In this document: one piece after another, positions 28,101 through 35,795 of the stretch
How positions within the stretch are numbered: the stretch's first letter is position 1
Layout of the letters: every line of letters begins with the position of its first letter
Source of the DNA: Candidatus Avimicrobium faecavium
GTDB lineage: Bacteria > Bacillota > Clostridia > Oscillospirales > Ruminococcaceae
NCBI GenBank assembly: GCA_904419105.1
Contig: CAJFQR010000001.1
Coordinates: 1-52,865 of the forward strand
Reading direction: 5' to 3'
DNA: 52,865 nucleotides
Translations under genes and position numbers: made by a program
The notes under the pieces: generated by a model
Told to the model about the DNA's origin: nothing
Databases searched by the model: none
The model's input: the letters and a program-made list of their open reading frames with translations, nothing else

Positions 28101-31100
28101 ACCAGTATAAACACACCCCGACTGACGAGTCCCCAAATCCCCAGGTGAAGGACATCATGCTGAAAGCCACCGGAGAGGGTCAGGAAACCCCCACAATCTA
28201 CGCCACCTTTGCCAACAAGCGGCAGGGGGAACAGCAGGTACTCACCGCTATCCAGGGCACCAAACTCTGGAAGGACTTCGGCAACCATTTTGGCCTGCGC
28301 AAAGGTAACTTCACCGATCAAAATGCTGAAGGCAGTACAGACAAAATCACCCTCACCCTCTACTGCTATGCCGAGTCTCAGCCCGGACAGGGCAATGGCA
28401 TTGATGAGCACGAGGTGAAGATAACCTTCAAGGGTGACTATTATGGCAATACTGAGAGGGGGCCTGATAATGATACGGACACCCTGCATTCGACCTGGTA
28501 CTATCAGTTTACTACAACGGATGATACCGTTCTGGAGCAGTTTGCCCCCAACGGCATGCCCTGGATCTATGTGGTGAAGGAGGAGCTCACCGGCGACCTG
28601 GAATACTACAGCATGGATACCTCTCGTGTGCAGCGCTCCGCTAAGGATGCTCAGAATGTGGATGGTACCCTTACCCTCACCCTGCCGGATCTGGTCAACT
28701 CGCTGGAGAGCACCGTTTCCTACTCCAAGACCTGGGTGGACAGCGAAGGCAACCCTATTACCGAGGATGTGCTGGGCTACCCGGTCACGGTGGAGTTCCA
28801 ACTGGATGTGGCGGAGTGGGAGCCTAGCGCTGATGAAGGTACTTATACAATTACAATCAAAGGCGGTAATAACGGCTGGAAATCCGCTTCAGAGTACTTT
28901 AATCCTGATAATAAAAATATCGATAAGGACGCCTACACCGCTGTCTTTGGCGGAGTAAATCCCCCCTTCAGCCAGACTTTGGATGGCTATTTGGGCGATG
29001 CGGTATGGGGTGAAACGCGGACCGGCCCCACCAACCTTCCCACCGCGATCCGTAAACCGGCAGAGGGTGGAGAAGAAGGAGAAGTCGTCCGCCTGATCTA
29101 CCGTGTGGTGGAAACCGCCATTTACGGGACAGTAGGCGGTGATGAAGTTAATCGTGTTGATTTTACAGTCGTCCCGTCTGATGACGGCAAAACCTATACT
29201 TATACAGTCAATGAGGACGCGCTGTTTACCCCGGTCTACTACCCGGATGGCCTGGTAGTAGGGGAAAAAAACTCCAACCGCTTTGATACCCGGGATCTCT
29301 ACAACACTCTCAGTGAAGTGAAGCTTACCGTTACAAAACGGTGGGAGGGCGACAACAACAATGCCTATGGCACCCGCCCCGAAACCGAGCGCGAAGGAGG
29401 CTACACCTGGCAGACCAGCTTCCTCATCCAGCGTTCTACGGATAACACAAACTGGGAGCACGTCTACAGGACGGAGGATGGTAGCCCCCAGCCGCTCATT
29501 GTCACCCTCTATGGGAACAATGAGAATGCCGAGATGAGCGAAGAGGTCACCGGCCTGCCTGTGAAAAATAGTGAAGGCGAAACATATACCTACCGGGCAA
29601 GGGAACTTTCGGCGGAGTTTAATTGGGTGGATACCGAGGATGAAGCAATAGCCGCTGCCATAGCGGATATTGCCAATAAAGGCGATACATCCGAATATGT
29701 CCTGGACGCGGACGATCACTACAACACCGCCTATACCGTGACCTATAAGGATAATAATACCACCGTGGTCAACACGCTGGACACCACCAAGCTCTACGCC
29801 TCCAAACAGTGGATCCGGGACGAAGAACTTACCGATGGCGTGACCTTCCAGCTGCAGTATCAGAATACCTCGGGCAATTGGGTCAATGTACCGGCCCCCG
29901 CAGGGGAGGTATCCCTCAAAGGAGAGGAAGATACCTCGACAGATGATGTCAGCTATGAGCTTGAGCCGGATGCCGACGGCCGCTGGATGGCCGTGTGGGA
30001 AGGCCTGCCCCTGCGGATGCCGGGAAGTCTTCTCACAGATGGAAAAACCAGCTACTGCATTGTGGAAACGGTGGAAAACGGCCAAGGAGGCAACTATCTC
30101 CAGGAAGACGAACAGGAGAAGTATAAGGTTGAGGGCGAATCCTACGACATTTGGCGGTTTGTCAACACCCAGAAGACCTCGTTCCAGGTTACCAAGAGCT
30201 GGGGCCTTGCCGGCGGGGTTTCTCCGAAAGAGGTGACCGTGGGCATCTACCGCACCACCAACCAGACGGAGGTGGGTCGAAAACTGGATGTCAACGAAGT
30301 GCCCGCCGCTTCCGGTGAGGGCCAGATGACGCTGACCTTCCAGCAGGCGGGGACACAGACAGTAAACAACCTGCCCAAGTATGATGCCAATGGAGATCTT
30401 TATTACTATTACGCCTTGGAGCTGATGATTGGAGACGCTGCAGTACCGGAGCCGTCGGAAGGCTTTGCAACTGTGGGCAGCGGCAGCGACCGGTATGATG
30501 TTTACTACACCTGGACTACCGAAGGACAGGAAGCGGATCATACCACGATTCTGAACATCGGTTACCGGGATCTTACCATCATCAAACACTGGAAGGATAA
30601 CAGCAATGCTTACGGTACACGGCCGGATAATTTGACCCTTACCCTTTACCGTACGCCGAAAGGCGGAGAAAGACAGAAGGTTGAAATCGAGCAGCCTGAG
30701 TGGATCAAGAGCGACGACAACACCTGGACCCTGACCTACACCGGCCTGCCCATGGCGGATAAGGAGGGCAAAGTCTACATCTACGAGGTTGAGGAAGTAT
30801 CGATTCCGGAAATTCCTGGCATGGGCCACTACGAGGCCGAGGCCCCTGAACCGGAGCCCGTGAACGGTGAGGTAATCTTCACCAATACCCTGAAAGATAC
30901 GCTGGATATCCCGGTAGCCAAGGTGTGGGATGACAACAATGACGCCTTCGGCTACCGGCCGGAGAATATCACGCTGGAGCTCTATGCAAACGATGACGAG
31001 AAACCGGTACGAACCCAGAAATTGAGCGCCACCGGGCTGCTTGCCCGCCTGCTTGGGAAAACAGAAAACACTTGGTCGTGCATTTTTGAGGACTTGCCCA

Positions 31101-31810
31101 AATATGACGAAAATGGCAAACTGATCAACTACGAGGTACGGGAGGTGCTGGAGAGTGAGACCGGCGAACGATACGCCGTGACCGTCTATCCGGAATCGGC
31201 GGACAGCACAACCTTACCGGAGGAGGGCTTTACCCTGACCAATACCGGTGAAGGGCGGCTTCTTATTACCAAGCGCGTAACCGGCAGCCGGGGCGATCAT
31301 AGGAAGGACTTCACCTTTACGGTGACCTTCACTGACCCGGCGGAAAATCCTCTGGCGGAGAGCTTCCCCTATGAAAAGACCCTGCAGGATGGAACAGTCC
31401 AGTCCGGCGAGATCGCCAGCGGCGAGCAGTTCCAGCTAAAGGATGGGGAATCCATGCGGATTGACTGTCTGCCTGGCGGAACTCAGTACACTGTAACCGA
31501 AAGTGACAACGCCGGTTATCGGGTGACGGCAACCGGAGCCACGGGAGAAATTCAGGCCGGTGTGGAGCTGACCGCAACTTACGAGAACTACCGGGGCGGC
31601 GGCGGAGGCGGCGGCGACCGGGATCCCGATCCCGACCCGCACCCGCACCGCGACCCCGATCCGGGGGACCGCCCGCACCGGGATCCGCTGCCGGATACCG
31701 GCCTGAACTGGACCGCTCCGGCGCTGCTGGCCGGCACCGGTATCGCACTGATCACCACCGGCCTGTTGCCCCGCAGAAAGAAAAAGGAGGGCGATGACGA
31801 TGCGCGATAA
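22163..31810 (+). CDS. Giant sortase-anchored surface protein (3215 aa) with about 15 CnaB-type repeats
   Basis: Signal peptide; repeated KxW...LPKYD..G...Y...E...N units; Gly/Pro/Asp linker; LPDTG plus hydrophobic segment plus RRKKK tail. Confidence 0.9.
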   Translation: MHRFKRVLSILLASLTVFSSTHVVALAEGIDQLRTDLIAAETGGSVVLSENMEEVEPGDTEADTSSTPETDTGTGTGSTPETDTETDTSSVPETATEAGTGSAPETDTETDASSAPDEITGDPNGENNLDTPSEEPESSSSGGAGDLGDEPTVGDSQGEEENEAPCLVIRWMEENGGIRLTAVLERPEEDTAAEVVIRLDAEEASALQQPLPESIAFQALEEGAELRFSLSTESPELSEKLSFVGSAPDLIIAVAEEDISVSFTGVGSDLAEYTFESEELSLSVDGTCDWTVDAEAEEEEILWGSEEAEDMRFLVTLAPAGEEEQLPTERQMAEFTIMLPEPFAFLDGSTAYDENTHQITLDGSPAVTLEGLREECVLSDFSLEGAELSFMLERTAADEPLSPLELAITVHSGAVAVERQETPALLNLFANEEETANILEEEEETFQVVLEVRLTSFPYAGEDYAGETTVTASLSLRSGAFIRQDRYMDAMSGSIFWCDGYEREFRPNSYTPILEFVECDEDDNPIGEWAVPTEEQLAAMDMEELPEVSANKTANPWTWSVSAGTLPTQVTTGDIFGDLEVRYYQWRVRPVEAVDHYMLREVTKEDIKNQTITTVDQAGWYYMLVDDYQFDITLRWGTRREEGGLLGIRNAIQEGLDLHVAISGKEPQSYRLSEIQDDDQVSLTPDEGENPNHGVFTIQNIPKYNIDNTLIIYTVEPKEDGDGIIDSEELESLAEDEWYAITYDNTGTSYDGVTDKVHDGGHIYLTLTGETSFSANKVWLDGGDSSNRPDGVFQLWRYRAGQSYTSAAAVRDANGTILEISLSTKKNEQTIEFSADLDGDGKKGDHLPKYDSEGYRYIYVVREYLEGEHAGNYEQVFAVVEQNENTGSVTYTDMLPDAETGEIKQEKRTTDDRETDDTYVYNGGTISNRRRGTTTATASKTWRAAAFQSELDGVKVEFSLESRPTGEYSDPEVGWIPVADESGTPVTIEMEGFTAEDLAERSETVSISKYGPLGRELEYRWVESGVYQKDENEQYGENLLLEDGSFTLQQDGREIRYRSELVVQEEDGSWITRLENTISNTINYHVEKQWRDMEPEKEITLQLYLIGPDGQIKHPNSGEEKPICEFKLDGKPDAEPMPVIIDGFGSFTVQEGEQGDATEEELRAVWTADLSGLPQYDSEGRSYEYVLLEKTGGSSFPEYVTTRDEEGNYTTIVINGPGEGNQILVRKAWIDDGDDLHREAVTIGVYHKTKKNPETDNLLKITETTLRDGVWLVEVGIGNYSPDDVFLVEEKIGEKEIDFTGRLENCGQQGEPHQYAEGFYHSYEVTYSDGEELAGMTCYTVTNRRLGNIDITVTKHWNDGEDYGQRIQEALHQIPEDEQPRLVLELQFDNPLEGYEIRPSEENDYYEITLGSDAIPIRDNGGIPNAENGGIPSTAWRKLNFNVQDKKYYFSYLPKYDLEGRVAHYTVVEHWVDQNGEEVNLADLAAKHSDSDAWQELLDVWDEYATTIRETKYTVTELHDRDSQEILVTNYRTGSKTVYWEKLWRDTYAYENGQRPDLYLDLYQLTNNPDEEEPLTLYRSNYRWRPKQPQEGSDPGDEYDERWHWFAEFTGLPQYDDEGYEYIYYAIEHTMVDAGEFDYAYARYLVPGETEDLVEIGTVNGSQDGSKVEVKDWMYKIPEGVANDPEDTGKYLLREGGTFLNGLVGTAQIQGDKLWTGLPAGYDRENDLPVVTFTVEQSLDGEVIDRDIATLTIKSEDWADLQSAGRYRFTIQYQGANTVHNIDGDGMISFHPEGTSDTWSPLPKYNEYGRLYTYALSEEVIFAEEDGKTLPEGEVVFETEGNTFSFTNQYTTDENRAEVAVQKHLYLPTDEGRNYVFPAVTFQLSRTYVKNDGSPSDSEIVSTITWSSSDIKAAWDGLTDEQKKGGYVTGVRNFGAQEIYAPNGNIYTYTITEVKDNLAGFDTWAAAGDLTAEEVMGNYDQYKHTPTDESPNPQVKDIMLKATGEGQETPTIYATFANKRQGEQQVLTAIQGTKLWKDFGNHFGLRKGNFTDQNAEGSTDKITLTLYCYAESQPGQGNGIDEHEVKITFKGDYYGNTERGPDNDTDTLHSTWYYQFTTTDDTVLEQFAPNGMPWIYVVKEELTGDLEYYSMDTSRVQRSAKDAQNVDGTLTLTLPDLVNSLESTVSYSKTWVDSEGNPITEDVLGYPVTVEFQLDVAEWEPSADEGTYTITIKGGNNGWKSASEYFNPDNKNIDKDAYTAVFGGVNPPFSQTLDGYLGDAVWGETRTGPTNLPTAIRKPAEGGEEGEVVRLIYRVVETAIYGTVGGDEVNRVDFTVVPSDDGKTYTYTVNEDALFTPVYYPDGLVVGEKNSNRFDTRDLYNTLSEVKLTVTKRWEGDNNNAYGTRPETEREGGYTWQTSFLIQRSTDNTNWEHVYRTEDGSPQPLIVTLYGNNENAEMSEEVTGLPVKNSEGETYTYRARELSAEFNWVDTEDEAIAAAIADIANKGDTSEYVLDADDHYNTAYTVTYKDNNTTVVNTLDTTKLYASKQWIRDEELTDGVTFQLQYQNTSGNWVNVPAPAGEVSLKGEEDTSTDDVSYELEPDADGRWMAVWEGLPLRMPGSLLTDGKTSYCIVETVENGQGGNYLQEDEQEKYKVEGESYDIWRFVNTQKTSFQVTKSWGLAGGVSPKEVTVGIYRTTNQTEVGRKLDVNEVPAASGEGQMTLTFQQAGTQTVNNLPKYDANGDLYYYYALELMIGDAAVPEPSEGFATVGSGSDRYDVYYTWTTEGQEADHTTILNIGYRDLTIIKHWKDNSNAYGTRPDNLTLTLYRTPKGGERQKVEIEQPEWIKSDDNTWTLTYTGLPMADKEGKVYIYEVEEVSIPEIPGMGHYEAEAPEPEPVNGEVIFTNTLKDTLDIPVAKVWDDNNDAFGYRPENITLELYANDDEKPVRTQKLSATGLLARLLGKTENTWSCIFEDLPKYDENGKLINYEVREVLESETGERYAVTVYPESADSTTLPEEGFTLTNTGEGRLLITKRVTGSRGDHRKDFTFTVTFTDPAENPLAESFPYEKTLQDGTVQSGEIASGEQFQLKDGESMRIDCLPGGTQYTVTESDNAGYRVTATGATGEIQAGVELTATYENYRGGGGGGGDRDPDPDPHPHRDPDPGDRPHRDPLPDTGLNWTAPALLAGTGIALITTGLLPRRKKKEGDDDAR
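22330..22510 (+). repeat. Five degenerate in-frame 36-bp tandem repeats (12-aa ETDTxxxTxSxP units)
   Basis: GAGACGGATACCGAGACGGACACCAGTTCCGTCCCG-like units with no spacers. Confidence 0.85.
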
Positions 31811-32393
31811 GCTCGCCGCCCTCACCCGGCCCCGGCGGCTGCTGGTGGCAGCGGGAGCGCTGCTTCTGCTGGCCGGCGCCCTGCTGGCCGGGCAGAACCT
31901 CCTAACTGAGCGCCGGGCCGCCCGGCAGACCGCCGACCTGCTCGCCGCTGTCGAGACACGCATCGCCGCTCCGGCAGACCTGCCGGCCCCGGAGGTGACC
32001 GGAGACCCCTGGGCGGGGTATGAGGTCATCGGCGTGGTGGGCCTGCCCGACCTCGGGCTGAGCCTGCCGGTGCTGGCCGACTACACCCAGGACCTGCTGG
32101 CGGTGGCCCCTTGCCGCTACACCGACGACCTGGCCCTTGAGCCGGGGCAGCTGGTGGTGGCCGGGCACAACTACCGCACCCACTTCGGCCGGCTGGGAGA
32201 GCTTGCCCCCGGCAGCCGGATCACCTGGCAGAACCTGGACGGTGTGACCTACACCTACACCGTCACCGAGGTCACCGAGATCGACGCCGGGGACCGGGAG
32301 GCCCTCGAACAGGGCGACTGGGACCTGACGCTCTTCACCTGCGATGTCACCCGCACAAGGCGGATTCTTGTCCGGGCGGCGCTGGAGACCTGA
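31800..32393 (+). CDS. Sortase
   Basis: N-terminal TM, AGHN, LTLFTC and a downstream Arg; overlaps the end of the LPDTG gene; start 31800 or 31794. Confidence 0.9.
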   Translation: MRDKLAALTRPRRLLVAAGALLLLAGALLAGQNLLTERRAARQTADLLAAVETRIAAPADLPAPEVTGDPWAGYEVIGVVGLPDLGLSLPVLADYTQDLLAVAPCRYTDDLALEPGQLVVAGHNYRTHFGRLGELAPGSRITWQNLDGVTYTYTVTEVTEIDAGDREALEQGDWDLTLFTCDVTRTRRILVRAALET

Positions 32394-32401
32394 GAACAGA
32401 G

Positions 32402-32430
32402 AAGGACCGTCCACATGGGCGGTCCTTTTT
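32402..32430 (+). terminator. Intrinsic terminator after the sortase
   Basis: AAGGACCGTCCA-ca-TGGGCGGTCCTTTTT. Confidence 0.7.
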
Positions 32431-32513
32431 GCCGGGGCCTTTTCCCCGGTGTTGACAGCCGCTTCCCGGCGGGCTATACTGTCTGATAGGATAGGAGAAA
32501 GGAGTGCATTTTT

Positions 32514-32951
32514 ATGCATCAGGTACTCAACGAAAAGATCCCCTACTTCAGCGACGACGGCCTCTCCTGCGCCGAGAGCAGCCTTCGCTGGCTCATCGAA
32601 AACGGCTATGCCGATCTGCCGCTGGACACGGTACGCATCATGACCGGCCTGCACGGCAACATGGGCCACTGTGCCAACTGCGGCGCCGTGAACGGCTGCG
32701 TGGTCGCCCTCGGGGCCAACTTCGGCCGCACCGAGGTGGGCCAGGAGATGGGTCTGCTCTACCGGCTGGTGGACGAGTTCATGGACGAGTTTGAGCGGGA
32801 GTTCGGCTCGGTCAAGTGCGCCGAGCTCTGTGCCGGCCGGGACCCGGCCTTGATGGAGCAGCAGCGCCGCTGCGCCGACATCGTCGCCGGTGCGGTGGAT
32901 ATCGCCGCCCGCCTGATCGAAAAGGGCCGTGCCGAACAGGCAGCCAACTGA
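32514..32951 (+). CDS. C-GCAxxG-C-C family putative redox protein
   Basis: SCAES, NCGAVNG, KCAEL and RCADIV; promoter TTGACA-N17-TATACT at 32452-32480. Confidence 0.82.
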   Translation: MHQVLNEKIPYFSDDGLSCAESSLRWLIENGYADLPLDTVRIMTGLHGNMGHCANCGAVNGCVVALGANFGRTEVGQEMGLLYRLVDEFMDEFEREFGSVKCAELCAGRDPALMEQQRRCADIVAGAVDIAARLIEKGRAEQAAN

Positions 32952-33038
32952 TCCTGCACCCTGCGCCGGAGAGACGAGCCCTTCGCCTCCCCGGCGTATT
33001 TTTATAGAAAAATATACAATAAGGAGAGGAGGGCTGTG

Positions 33039-33782
33039 ATGTCCATGACAGATGGTCTGCTGCACCGGGCGGCGGAGCGGATCTGGCTGCTGCCGCCGGA
33101 GGAGGAACGGGACCGCCCGGTGCTGGGCTATGTCCACGGCGACCGCTGGAGCCTCCAGATCGATGCCGGGGCTTCCCCGGCCCATCTGGCTCTGTTCCAC
33201 CGGGCGCTGGCAGAGCAGGGCCTGCCCGCCCCGGCACTGGTGGTGCTCACCCATTGGCACTGGGACCACAGCTTCGGCCTTGCCGGGCTCACCTGCCCGT
33301 CGCTGGCCGGTGAGCGCACCCAGCGGGAACTGGAGCGGGTGTCCCGGTGGGGCTGGACCGAGGAGGAGATGGCCCGGCGCCTGGCCACCGGGGAAGAGAT
33401 CCCCTTCTGCGATACCCATCTCCGCCGGGAGTACCCCTGTCCCGCCGCCATTGCCGTCCGCCCGGCGGATCTGACCTTCTCGGGCCGGCTGCGGCTGGAC
33501 CTTGGCGGGGTGGTGGCGGAGCTCCTCGAGCTGCCGGATACCCACTCCGGCGACGCAGTGGCGGTGCTGCTGCCCGGGCAGAGCTTTGCCTTCTTGGGGG
33601 ATATGATCTGCGGCGACTTCTATGGCCGGGACGGCGGCTATGACCCTGCCCGCCTGCGGCAGATGCTGGCGGCGCTGGAAGCCCTCCCCTTTACCCGCTG
33701 TGTCACCGGCCACGACCTCCCGGAGGAAAAGGCCTCCCTCCTCGCCGAGCTTCGTGCCGAACTCCACCGCCTGGAGCCCTGA
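33039..33782 (+). CDS. MBL-fold metallo-hydrolase
   Basis: THWHWDH, THSGD, LGD and GH motifs. Confidence 0.88.
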   Translation: MSMTDGLLHRAAERIWLLPPEEERDRPVLGYVHGDRWSLQIDAGASPAHLALFHRALAEQGLPAPALVVLTHWHWDHSFGLAGLTCPSLAGERTQRELERVSRWGWTEEEMARRLATGEEIPFCDTHLRREYPCPAAIAVRPADLTFSGRLRLDLGGVVAELLELPDTHSGDAVAVLLPGQSFAFLGDMICGDFYGRDGGYDPARLRQMLAALEALPFTRCVTGHDLPEEKASLLAELRAELHRLEP

Positions 33783-33864
33783 CATCCCCCTTTTCCAAAG
33801 AGACAGACCGTCTCTTTGTACGCCTTGCCGGGCTCACCGGCGGACCCTCTTTTTCTACGACGCA

Positions 33865-33910
33865 AAAAGCCCCTCTCCCACGCCGGTTGGCGGGGAAAGG
33901 GGCTTTTTTT
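33865..33910. terminator. Bidirectional terminator
   Basis: AAAAAGCCCCT...AGGGGCTTTTTT. Confidence 0.7.
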
Positions 33911-33919
33911 GCAGAGGAC

Positions 33920-34252
33920 TCAGGCCATGGTCGGCAGGCTCTTTCTCAGAAAGACCCAGGTCAGGCCGGGCACCAGCAGCGACCCGATGGCCGAAGCGCC
34001 GATGGCCAGAGCCAGGCCGGTGCCGCCGGTGAGGCCGCCGTAGACGCCGGTGACGAAGGACAGGGCATAGCAGCCGCAGAGGATCGGGAAGCCGATCTTC
34101 CGCCGGGGTACCAGCAGTACCACCAGCGCGGCGATCTCGACGACGGCAAGCACCACCGACGGAATGCGCCCTTCCATCAGGTTGAGGACGGTGGTGGCGG
34201 AGCAGAGCAGGATGGCAAAGACGAGCCAGATCTTGGCAGAACGGGTGAGCAT
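33920..34252 (-). CDS. Small hypothetical membrane protein (about 4 TM)
   Basis: Four hydrophobic segments; AGGAG upstream. Confidence 0.7.
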   Translation of the reverse strand: MLTRSAKIWLVFAILLCSATTVLNLMEGRIPSVVLAVVEIAALVVLLVPRRKIGFPILCGCYALSFVTGVYGGLTGGTGLALAIGASAIGSLLVPGLTWVFLRKSLPTMA

Positions 34253-34312
34253 AGGGCAAAATCTCCTTTTCATTAGTATCGCTAAAATATGGGTGAATGG
34301 ACGGGCAAACAG

Positions 34313-34801
34313 TCAGCGTCCGGAGCCGCCGGGCAGGTCTCCGGGGCTCTCCGGCCGGGCCGGAGACTGGGAGGCATGGCGCATCTGGTGTACCAGCTTG
34401 GCCAGCAGTGGGAACAGGGTCTGCCGCTCCGCCTCGGTGAGGCCGGAGAGCATCTGCCGGTCCCACTCGGCAAAGAGTCCCCGGCATCCGGCCAGAGCCT
34501 CCTCCCCGGCGGGGGTCAACCGCAGGGAGGTGCTCCGCCGGTCCGCCGGATTCGGGCTCCGGGCAAGCAGCCCCCTCTCCTCTAACTTTTGCAGGCTGCG
34601 GGCGGTGTGGCCGCTGTCCGCCCGGGTGGCGGCAGCGATCTCCGACGGGGTGGCGCCCTGCCGCTCCCCAACGGCCCGCAAAAAGAGGTAGAGCCCCGGT
34701 GTGAGCCCATAGGCGGCCAGCCTCTCGCTCAGGTAGGCGGAGAGGTCGCTGCGCAGCAGGCTGATGAGCCCGCCGAGGGTTTCCAGTGGTCGGTGTTCCA
34801 T
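34313..34801 (-). CDS. MarR family transcriptional regulator
   Basis: GLT...TARSLQKLEERGLL...DRRSTSLRLTPAG. Confidence 0.9.
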   Translation of the reverse strand: MEHRPLETLGGLISLLRSDLSAYLSERLAAYGLTPGLYLFLRAVGERQGATPSEIAAATRADSGHTARSLQKLEERGLLARSPNPADRRSTSLRLTPAGEEALAGCRGLFAEWDRQMLSGLTEAERQTLFPLLAKLVHQMRHASQSPARPESPGDLPGGSGR

Positions 34802-34825
34802 GAAAAGTGCCCCCTTTCGATTTGT

Positions 34826-34869
34826 CTGACTATGTCAGTTATTTTATCGCAATTATCTGACTAAGTCAA
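34826..34869 (-). promoter_or_regulatory. marR promoter with two TGACTAnGTCA palindromes (probable autoregulatory operators)
   Basis: CTGACTATGTCAG (34826-34838) and CTGACTAAGTCAA (34857-34869); minus strand TTGACT-N17-TAAAAT. Confidence 0.72.
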
Positions 34870-35167
34870 CTGTTTTCCGGGCAAATTTACAAACTGTTCA
34901 TATTTGTTCTGCGTCTCCTGTCTTCCGGCATCTTTGCCAAAAGAGGCCTGCCCTCTTTGACAGAAGGGAGAAAAGCCGGTTCTCACAATGGACAAAGAGG
35001 TGAAATTGTCCCTTGCGGGACTGCGATTTTTCCTCTTCTGCCGGAAAACATCCACGCCTTTTGTGCAGCTTTTGCAGCTTACCTTTTGCATAAAAAAGAA
35101 CGCCCGGGTGAAGGCGTTCGCTAGTGGAGTATGCTGATGGAAGAGGCCTGCCGGGGAGTGAAACCGG

Positions 35168-35617
35168 CTATTGCCCCGGCGGGAAGAGGCCATCCCCTTC
35201 GCTGACGCTGAACCCTTCCGGGTACCGGGCCAGCACCTGCCGAAGGAAGGCGGCGTCCTCCGGGTCGCGGAGGGAGACCGCCAGCTCGGTGCCGTAGTGC
35301 TGGCTCCAGAGGTCACAGCGGCTGTTTTTCGCGTGTATGGTGAAAAACCGGGTCATTTTGGGATAGCCGCTGCCGTCCGCCGGAGGCGCGGCCAGAAGGG
35401 CAGTCCGGAGCTCCCGTGTCAGAGTTCCGCGGGCCACCCGCTCCCAGCCCTCAGCGGTAACGGGGCCAAGGGCGGCGGCGAGCCGGAGCTCGGCGCTCTC
35501 CTCCGGCCAGAGGCGCAGTTCCACCGGATCCCCCACCCGGAGCAGGCGCCCCATCACCGTCTGCCACCAGTCCGATGGGAGGCGGCTGTCGATGAGTTGG
35601 ATGAAAAAATCGGTCAA
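35168..35617 (-). CDS. Hypothetical protein (149 aa)
   Basis: Protein-like composition, purine-rich RBS, downstream terminator at about 35092-35119. Confidence 0.6.
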   Translation of the reverse strand: MTDFFIQLIDSRLPSDWWQTVMGRLLRVGDPVELRLWPEESAELRLAAALGPVTAEGWERVARGTLTRELRTALLAAPPADGSGYPKMTRFFTIHAKNSRCDLWSQHYGTELAVSLRDPEDAAFLRQVLARYPEGFSVSEGDGLFPPGQ

Positions 35618-35795
35618 TTCCCTTCCCTCTCAATCCGCCGGATTCCCGGCTATTTAAGATAAGGATACCATCTTTCCAGCGGCTTAACAAGCCGGGAATT
35701 TTGTGGTATACTGTTTTTAATACAGGAATATGAGATCGCTGCACCCGCCGGCGGAACCGGCGGGAAGTTTTTTTGTGAAACGGGAGGGACTGGAT

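Noticed and set aside
25007-30829. Long minus-strand ORFs (1264 aa and 646 aa)
   Set aside because: Antisense shadows of the giant surface-protein gene; no motifs or RBS. The same applies to the many overlapping ORFs opposite other GC-rich genes.
34988-35137. 49-aa plus-strand ORF in the region upstream of marR
   Set aside because: No RBS, runs through a terminator, and composition is not protein-like
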